A stretch of DNA of 64,000 nucleotides from Bacteroidales bacterium (GTDB taxonomy: Bacteria > Bacteroidota > Bacteroidia > Bacteroidales > UBA3824): positions 12,679 through 76,678 of the forward strand of contig JAFPYR010000128.1 of the NCBI GenBank assembly GCA_017412115.1. Direction: 5' to 3'. The notes below the pieces were generated by a model. It saw only the letters and a list, made by a program, of their open reading frames with translations. It had not been told where the DNA came from and did no database searches. Shown here piece after piece: positions 58,283 through 64,000 of the stretch (its first letter is position 1; each line of letters opens with the position of its first letter). Both the position numbers and the translations under genes were made by a program.

Positions 58283-61060
58283 TTATTTTTTCACCAACTT
58301 TTTTACTGCTTGATTTTTTCCGGTTTTAACGATTACGAAATAAACACCGCTTGTTAAATCCGAAATGTCAAATTTATTTTGATTAGCCTCTAATGTTTTT
58401 ACCTTTTGACCCGAAATATTTAAAATCGAAATATCTTGGATTTCCTCCTTGGTATCTATCGTAATAAATTCAGAGCAAGGGTTAGGATAAATGGTTAAAT
58501 CGATTTCAGATTTCGGCGTGATGTCAGAAGTGGCTGTTTCTACGTCGTCTTTATTATCGGAGAAAATAGCGGTTTGACCCGCAGTCATCGGATAATTAAC
58601 CGTTGGGTCGCTCACTTCTAATTTTTCTCCAGAAATAATCTCGTACCAAGTACCGCCTTTAGGAAACGCAATTCTTGCGTTTGTCTTGTCGGTGTTGAAA
58701 TTAACAACGAAAATCAAATTAGCATTTTCGGATTTTCTGTAAATAATTTTCATTAAACTTGAAGCGTCAATTTTTGCCGTGCCATTTGTCATCGCCTCGT
58801 TGGTTTTGCGCAATTTGCAAAGTTTTGAATAAAAATTATAGAGGCTTTTACGGTTTTCGTTGTCCAAGTAGTTTTCGGGATAAGGTTTTTTGTCGGTGCG
58901 AGCTCCATCGTCTTCTTTTCCCGTTGCCGGATTGTAATTGATTGAATAATCATAACCTAATTCGCCGAATTGCCAAATCATTTTAGGACCGGGCATTGAA
59001 AGTAAAACTGTTGCCGCACCTTTCATACGCTCAAGAGCTGTTTTTAAATCTTTAACGTCATATTTTGCAGTCGTTTGACCGTAATTCAGGCATTTGAACA
59101 TCATACGTTCTTCGTCGTGGCTTTCTGCGTAAGAAATCAAACCGGGCTTATCAAAATTGCGTCGTTTATAATCTAAAGAATTTAAATCGCAGCCTGAGGA
59201 ATAACCCATGGTCGCCTGACAAAACGCATAATTCAAATTTCCCCAAAGCATAATGCCGTAATTCGCCAAAACTTTTTCTTCCGAATTGTCGGTTAGATGT
59301 TCGCAAATCATGTATGCTTTAGGATTGATTTCTTGCATTTTATCATAAATTCTTTTCAAAATGTTTATTCTTGACTCATCGTATGCAGAGCATTGTGCAT
59401 CGTTTGTTGCAGGCGTGTTAGTAAAGCCTTTGGTAAAGTCAAAACGGATACCGTCAATTTTGTACTGAGTCATCCAATAACTCATAACAGAATCTACAAG
59501 TGCTTGAGTTTCTGTAGCTTCATGGTTGAAATCATGTCCCCAAGAATAAACCGTATTAGGAGAATAAACATTAAACCAAGGACTCTCTGGAGTTGTTTTT
59601 TCTCCGTCAAAATACAATTTAACGAAAGGCGAAGAGCTGAAAGCGTGGTTCAAAACAACGTCTTGAATGACAGCAATTCCTCTTTTATGACATTCGTCAA
59701 TAAATTCTTTGTAATCGTTTTCAGTGCCGTAAGCTTTGTCAGCGGCAAAATAATATGACGGATTATAACCCCAAGAATTGTTGCCTTCAAATTCTGAAAA
59801 CGGCATTAATTCTATTGCATTAATTCCTAAATTTTCAAGATAATCAAGATTTTCTTTCGCGGCTTTAACAGTGCCTTCTTTGGTAAAATCACGGATTAAC
59901 AATTCATAAATGATGAGGTCTTTTGCCTTAGGAGCATCGAAATTTTTAACTTGCCAATTATAAGCTTTTTTGTCAAGTTGAAACGTTGAAACTATGCCGT
60001 AAGTTTTGTCTTGCGGATAAGTTAAATTACCGTCATAAATATCTTTCGTTAAATATTTATCGTTGTCGGGATCGAGTATTTTTTCGGTGTAAGGGTCTGC
60101 TATTCTGATAGTTTCATCAACGATGTATTGATAACCGTATTCCTTGTCTTTGTCCAAATTGCTGATGGTGCAGAAAAAATATTTCCCGTCTTCAGAGAGT
60201 GTCATGGCAGAATTTTGGTTGATTTGCCAATCAGAAAAATCTCCTATTAAATAAGCGTTTTTTTTGCCGGGGGCAAACAAAACGAAAGTCGCCGAATTGT
60301 CAGAAATTTTGTTAACACCGCGTCTTAAATTTTGGGGCATTTCGCCCGTTTTAGCATTTTCTCTTACCACGTATGAAATTGATTTTTCTGCGGTTTCTTG
60401 GTTGTTGTTTTTAGCGGTTATTTTTATGATATGACAGCCGGAAGCTTCTGCGTTGATTTTTATTGAATTACCGCTTTTTGAAAGTTTTTCACCGTCGAGA
60501 AAGTAAGAAATTTCTGCTTCTGACGAAGTTGAAACTTCAACCTCAATTTCTTCGCCGCCGTTTACGAAAATAACTGATTCTGAAGGGTTTTTAACGGTTA
60601 TATTAAACTCGTCAGCGGCATAAACTTCTTGAAAAATATTTGTTCCGCCGGTGTTTTTGCCTTCTTTTTTGCCGTCAGCACTACGGAAAACGAAAGCCAA
60701 TTTTTTGACTTTTGCTGCTGTTTCGTCATCAAGACCGTAAAAATCTTTGATGTTGCCGATATTTAGCGTGTAAGTGTTTGTTGAAAAGCGGCTTAATTTG
60801 CATTTTTCGACGTTTTTGTCCCAATCGGCGACAACGTTTTTCCAATCGCTGTCAGTGCCGCCTTCCAAAATAACGCCTGTGTGGGCATAAATATCGCCGG
60901 TGTATCCGCTAAGTCCGCGACTTCCTTGGTCAGCGTGGAAAGTTATTACAACATTTTGGGATTTAATGTTCGGAAATTCTGGCGAACATTCTATAACTTG
61001 ACCGCATGAAAAACTTATTGCAGTCAATAAAATCAGTAATGTATAAAACAGTCTTTTCAT
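58283..61060 (-). CDS. T9SS-secreted GH13 alpha-amylase/pullulanase-like enzyme with N-terminal binding domains
   Basis: IYELLIRDF, WGYNPSYYFA, DVVLNH, DGIRFDFTKG, ICEH, ESHDEER; CTD IYPNP..LNISGQ..SGVYFV..KKLVKK. Confidence 0.92.
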   Translation of the reverse strand: MKRLFYTLLILLTAISFSCGQVIECSPEFPNIKSQNVVITFHADQGSRGLSGYTGDIYAHTGVILEGGTDSDWKNVVADWDKNVEKCKLSRFSTNTYTLNIGNIKDFYGLDDETAAKVKKLAFVFRSADGKKEGKNTGGTNIFQEVYAADEFNITVKNPSESVIFVNGGEEIEVEVSTSSEAEISYFLDGEKLSKSGNSIKINAEASGCHIIKITAKNNNQETAEKSISYVVRENAKTGEMPQNLRRGVNKISDNSATFVLFAPGKKNAYLIGDFSDWQINQNSAMTLSEDGKYFFCTISNLDKDKEYGYQYIVDETIRIADPYTEKILDPDNDKYLTKDIYDGNLTYPQDKTYGIVSTFQLDKKAYNWQVKNFDAPKAKDLIIYELLIRDFTKEGTVKAAKENLDYLENLGINAIELMPFSEFEGNNSWGYNPSYYFAADKAYGTENDYKEFIDECHKRGIAVIQDVVLNHAFSSSPFVKLYFDGEKTTPESPWFNVYSPNTVYSWGHDFNHEATETQALVDSVMSYWMTQYKIDGIRFDFTKGFTNTPATNDAQCSAYDESRINILKRIYDKMQEINPKAYMICEHLTDNSEEKVLANYGIMLWGNLNYAFCQATMGYSSGCDLNSLDYKRRNFDKPGLISYAESHDEERMMFKCLNYGQTTAKYDVKDLKTALERMKGAATVLLSMPGPKMIWQFGELGYDYSINYNPATGKEDDGARTDKKPYPENYLDNENRKSLYNFYSKLCKLRKTNEAMTNGTAKIDASSLMKIIYRKSENANLIFVVNFNTDKTNARIAFPKGGTWYEIISGEKLEVSDPTVNYPMTAGQTAIFSDNKDDVETATSDITPKSEIDLTIYPNPCSEFITIDTKEEIQDISILNISGQKVKTLEANQNKFDISDLTSGVYFVIVKTGKNQAVKKLVKK

Positions 61061-61140
61061 GGTATTTTTGTTCTATGGTTTCACGTTGCAATAATAGAGG
61101 TTATTACTCTGAAAATCTAACTTTTAGTCATTAAAACAAC

Positions 61141-61208
61141 AGAAAAAAAGCGCAAACGATTGCAGTTTTTGAAAAATAAAATTTTGCAATCGTTTGCGCT
61201 TTTTTTCT
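61141..61208. promoter_or_regulatory. Perfect 24-bp inverted repeat carrying two LacI-type operators between divergent GH13 genes
   Basis: agaaaaaaagcgcaaacgattgca (61141-61164), 20-nt spacer, tgcaatcgtttgcgctttttttct (61185-61208). Confidence 0.85.
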
Positions 61209-61285
61209 TTTAATTTCGTGCTGAAAATGCTTATTTTTATTTCAATATGTTTTAACATTGCACAAAATAATTAATAAAAAAAGCG

Positions 61286-62542
61286 ATGAAAAAATTTTTA
61301 TTATATTCGTTGATTGCATTGTTTGCTTCATGCGGCGGCGGACAAGTTGAAAAACAGGAAATTGGGATTCCTCAAAGCAATATCTACGAGGTTAATATCC
61401 GTCAGTACACTCAGGAAGGCACTTTTGATGCTTTTAGAGAGAAACATTTAGCGCGTTTAAAAGAGCAAAATGTTGATATTTTGTGGCTTATGCCGATTTT
61501 CCCGATTAGCGAGGAAGGCAGAAAAGGTACGCTCGGAAGTTATTACGCCGTAAAAAACTATACCGAAGTAAATCCTGAGTTCGGAAATTTAGAAAGTCTG
61601 AAACTTCTTGTTAATCAAGCGCATAAATTCGGCATGAAAGTGATTCTTGACTGGGTTGCAAATCATACGGGAAAGGATAACGTTTGGACAAAAGAGCATA
61701 AAGATTTCTTCAATCTCGATTCGTTGGGAAATCCGGCTGTTCCCGAAGGCACAGATTGGGACGATGTTGCCGACCTCAATTACGACAACCCCGAAATGCG
61801 TAAAGCAATGATTGAAGCGATGAAATTTTGGCTCAAAAATGCTGACATTGACGGTTTTAGGTGCGACGTTGCAGGCATGGTGCCGACAGATTTTTGGGTA
61901 GAATGTCGCAAGGAGTTAGAAACGGTTAAAAAGCCGATTTTCATGCTTGCCGAAGACGACAAACCCGAAATTCACAAGGCTTTTGACGCAAGTTATAATT
62001 GGAAAATTCATCATGTTTTAAACAAAATTGCGCAAGGCACAAACACTGCCGACAGCCTCGCAGAAGTTATTTTACAGGAGCAAAAAGATTTTCAGAAAAA
62101 TGATATTTTAATGAATTTCACCTCTAATCACGACGAAAATTCATGGAGCAAATCCGAGTACGACCGCATGGGCGACTACGTAAAGCAAATGGCGGTTTTA
62201 ACATATTATTTGCCGGGAATGCCGCTTTGTTATTCGGGTCAAGAGGCTGCTAACAAGAAAGCGTTGGAGTTTTTTGAAAAAGACGTTATTGATTTTTCAA
62301 ATGTGCCGTTGAAAGATTTTTATGCTGAATTAAACAAGGCAAAGCACACACATTCAGCACTTTGGAACAACGACATAAAAATCATCAGCAGCAACGATAA
62401 TGTTTTTGTCTTTGAGCGTAAAAGTAGCGACGAGAAAATTCTCTGCGTTTTCAATTTCAACGCTGACGAAAAAGAAGTAGCGTTGGAAAACGGAAAAACG
62501 GTTAAAGTGGAAGGGAAAGGGTATAAAATAATTGTTGAATAG
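61286..62542 (+). CDS. GH13 alpha-amylase-family lipoprotein
   Basis: Lipobox FAS-C; IYEVNIRQYT, LGSYYAV, DWVANH, DGFRCDVA, LAE, NHDEN. Confidence 0.92.
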   Translation: MKKFLLYSLIALFASCGGGQVEKQEIGIPQSNIYEVNIRQYTQEGTFDAFREKHLARLKEQNVDILWLMPIFPISEEGRKGTLGSYYAVKNYTEVNPEFGNLESLKLLVNQAHKFGMKVILDWVANHTGKDNVWTKEHKDFFNLDSLGNPAVPEGTDWDDVADLNYDNPEMRKAMIEAMKFWLKNADIDGFRCDVAGMVPTDFWVECRKELETVKKPIFMLAEDDKPEIHKAFDASYNWKIHHVLNKIAQGTNTADSLAEVILQEQKDFQKNDILMNFTSNHDENSWSKSEYDRMGDYVKQMAVLTYYLPGMPLCYSGQEAANKKALEFFEKDVIDFSNVPLKDFYAELNKAKHTHSALWNNDIKIISSNDNVFVFERKSSDEKILCVFNFNADEKEVALENGKTVKVEGKGYKIIVE

Positions 62543-62578
62543 TTGATTTTCAAAAAATATAGGTATTTTTGATATGAA

Positions 62579-62607
62579 CCTCGATAGTTGGACAATAACT
62601 ATCGAGG
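62579..62607. terminator. Hairpin between the convergent GH13 and Rpn genes
   Basis: cctcgatagtt / aactatcgagg, perfect 11-bp stem. Confidence 0.65.
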
Positions 62608-62655
62608 ACATATCGATAAAAGTATTTTCGGCTGTGTTTTTTTATAAAATTAGTG

Positions 62656-63582
62656 TTAATTATTAAAAATCAACCTGCGAAGTTCGGCGATTTGGTCGGC
62701 TGGGACTTTTAACGCTTCGACTGCTCTGTCGAAATCAAAACCAGAAGACATAAGATTTTTGATGCTTTCAACAAGTTGTTCGGTGCGACCTTGTTCGATG
62801 CCTTTCTCTATGCCCTTTTCTATACCGATTTTTTCGCCTTCAGCTCGGCCTTCTGCACGACCTTCACTTCTTGCACTTTCTACGGAATTGTGCTGGGTCA
62901 TCAATTCAAGCAAATAATCTTCGTAGGCGTAAAGATCACCGTCGGAATATGCCGAACGTTCTACAATTTCTAACGCTTGACTAATTTCAGGATTTTCAAG
63001 CATCACTGCATCTACTGTTTCGGTCTGTTCGTTGATTTCTGTTAAAAATCTGAGCCACAATTCTTTTATCGCACGGCTACCACGGTCTAACGGTTTATAT
63101 TTTTTTAGTTCGATAAATATCAACGACAAATCACGATGAATGTCGGTTGTATGCTTTTTGTTGATAATATAAAACTCTTGCATATAACCGTTATCACCTT
63201 CATAATCAAATGCTTCGTCGTTAACAAGTGCCAATGCGTAAACTTCTTTTAGTTTTTCAAACGGATTGCATTTTGCCAACTGTTTTGAATACATTGAAGC
63301 TGCACTAAAAAGTGTCCGAGAGAAAAATTCTTTATTCCAATAATTCTGCATTTCCACAATGAAACCGCGTCCTTTATTGTCGGTACAGCGAACATCTACG
63401 ATTGAATATTTTTTTGCAGGATTTTCGGGAACGTTTTCAGATGTAAGATATTCAACCTTTTCGATTGTCATGCCTTCGGGCAATGGCAAAAGGGCATTCA
63501 AAAGACTTTTAACGAGGTTGGGATGCTCGCCAAAAACCTTTTTGAAAGTTAAGTCTACTTTTGGATTCAGATATTTCGACAT
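62656..63582 (-). CDS. Rpn-family (PD-(D/E)XK transposase-like) nuclease
   Basis: YLNPKVDLTFKKVFG, IVDVRCTD..FIVEMQ, IFIELKK; C-terminal EGRAEGRAEG..GIEKGIEKG repeats. Confidence 0.92.
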   Translation of the reverse strand: MSKYLNPKVDLTFKKVFGEHPNLVKSLLNALLPLPEGMTIEKVEYLTSENVPENPAKKYSIVDVRCTDNKGRGFIVEMQNYWNKEFFSRTLFSAASMYSKQLAKCNPFEKLKEVYALALVNDEAFDYEGDNGYMQEFYIINKKHTTDIHRDLSLIFIELKKYKPLDRGSRAIKELWLRFLTEINEQTETVDAVMLENPEISQALEIVERSAYSDGDLYAYEDYLLELMTQHNSVESARSEGRAEGRAEGEKIGIEKGIEKGIEQGRTEQLVESIKNLMSSGFDFDRAVEALKVPADQIAELRRLIFNN

Positions 63583-63608
63583 AGCGTTTACGTTTTTTTG
63601 TTCTGTGG

Positions 63609-63640
63609 CAAAGATAATAATTTCGTGATTAATCCGCAAA
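63609..63640 (-). promoter_or_regulatory. Bacteroidota promoter for the Rpn gene
   Basis: Minus strand: TTTG (63640-63637), 20-nt spacer, TATCTTTG (63616-63609). Confidence 0.75.
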
Positions 63641-63642
63641 CA

Positions 63643-63685
63643 AAAAAACGACTACCGAAAAATAGTATTTCGATAGTCGTTTTTT
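63643..63685 (-). terminator. Intrinsic terminator of the upstream minus-strand gene
   Basis: aaaaaacgactaccgaaa / tttcgatagtcgtttttt. Confidence 0.7.
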
Positions 63686-63716
63686 AATGTAATGATGAAA
63701 AAGTAGCAGCGTTGAT

Positions 63717-64000
63717 TTATTTTTGTTTTGACCTTTCAATACCTTTTATAACTTTTTCCCAAAAATTGTTTTCACCTTCTGCTCCTAATTTTATACGAAG
63801 TTTTTTGTTTTCAAATATTTTGGGATTTTGTATAATTAAAACTAAATCGGCAACATCTTTTGATATGATTCCGGTATTTCGCATTTTTAAAATCTCATCA
63901 AACGAAAATGTCATCAAATACTTACACGTATGATTTTCAACTAATTTATTCATCGAAAATTCAATTATATTAACAACTTCCGATGAAACTTTCGTCCACG
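63717..64000 (-). CDS. Hypothetical protein, 3' part (runs off the window edge)
   Basis: The frame stays open from the edge (WTKVSSEVVNIIEFSMNK...) to the stop at 63717, followed by a terminator. Confidence 0.6.
   Translation of the reverse strand, partial: WTKVSSEVVNIIEFSMNKLVENHTCKYLMTFSFDEILKMRNTGIISKDVADLVLIIQNPKIFENKKLRIKLGAEGENNFWEKVIKGIERSKQK

Noticed and set aside
62790-62870. Short tandem 12-bp repeats in the Rpn gene as a separate repeat element
   Set aside because: They encode the EGRA/GIEK tetrapeptides typical of Rpn C-termini
1-64000. tRNA, rRNA, riboswitch or prophage
   Set aside because: No recognisable cloverleaf, rRNA segment, riboswitch consensus or phage structural gene by eye; a covariance-model scan would be needed to exclude small RNAs

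Overview
AT-rich Bacteroidota (probably Bacteroidales-like) chromosome. The assignment rests on TAnnTTTG promoters, a short Bacteroidota-type RpoD, T9SS C-terminal domains and GldB. The first ~4 kb is a decaying toxin-antitoxin/defence mosaic: MNT-HEPN plus a STAS-like gene, internally deleted higA and rhuM, a YhcG nuclease and an IS982 right end, joined by recurrent 75-150 bp junction blocks. The rest is mostly housekeeping: GH65 phosphorylase, typA, parC, a 2-oxoacid:ferredoxin oxidoreductase operon, maeB, rlmH, a partial suf cluster, gldB, rodA/mrdA, aroA, an aroE-aroK fusion, rpoD and miaA. It also holds three orphan sensor kinases, a 2,000-aa modular BspA-like T9SS surface protein, a tandem-domain SiaB/SiaC pair, two GH13 enzymes and an Rpn nuclease. 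Best leads: (1) a radical SAM/SPASM enzyme paired with a small lipoprotein whose lipobox Cys is the X of an XYG motif, a candidate backbone-splicing modification at a lipid anchor; (2) a three-gene maltodextrin regulon with LacI-type palindromes at a fixed ~62 bp upstream of a shared non-consensus TAnnATTG element, a geometry that suggests activation; (3) a ~190-bp nested palindrome with compensatory changes; (4) the repeat-joined TA mosaic. No rRNA, tRNA, CRISPR array, integrase or reverse transcriptase was recognised. All family assignments come from motif recognition by eye, not from database searches.
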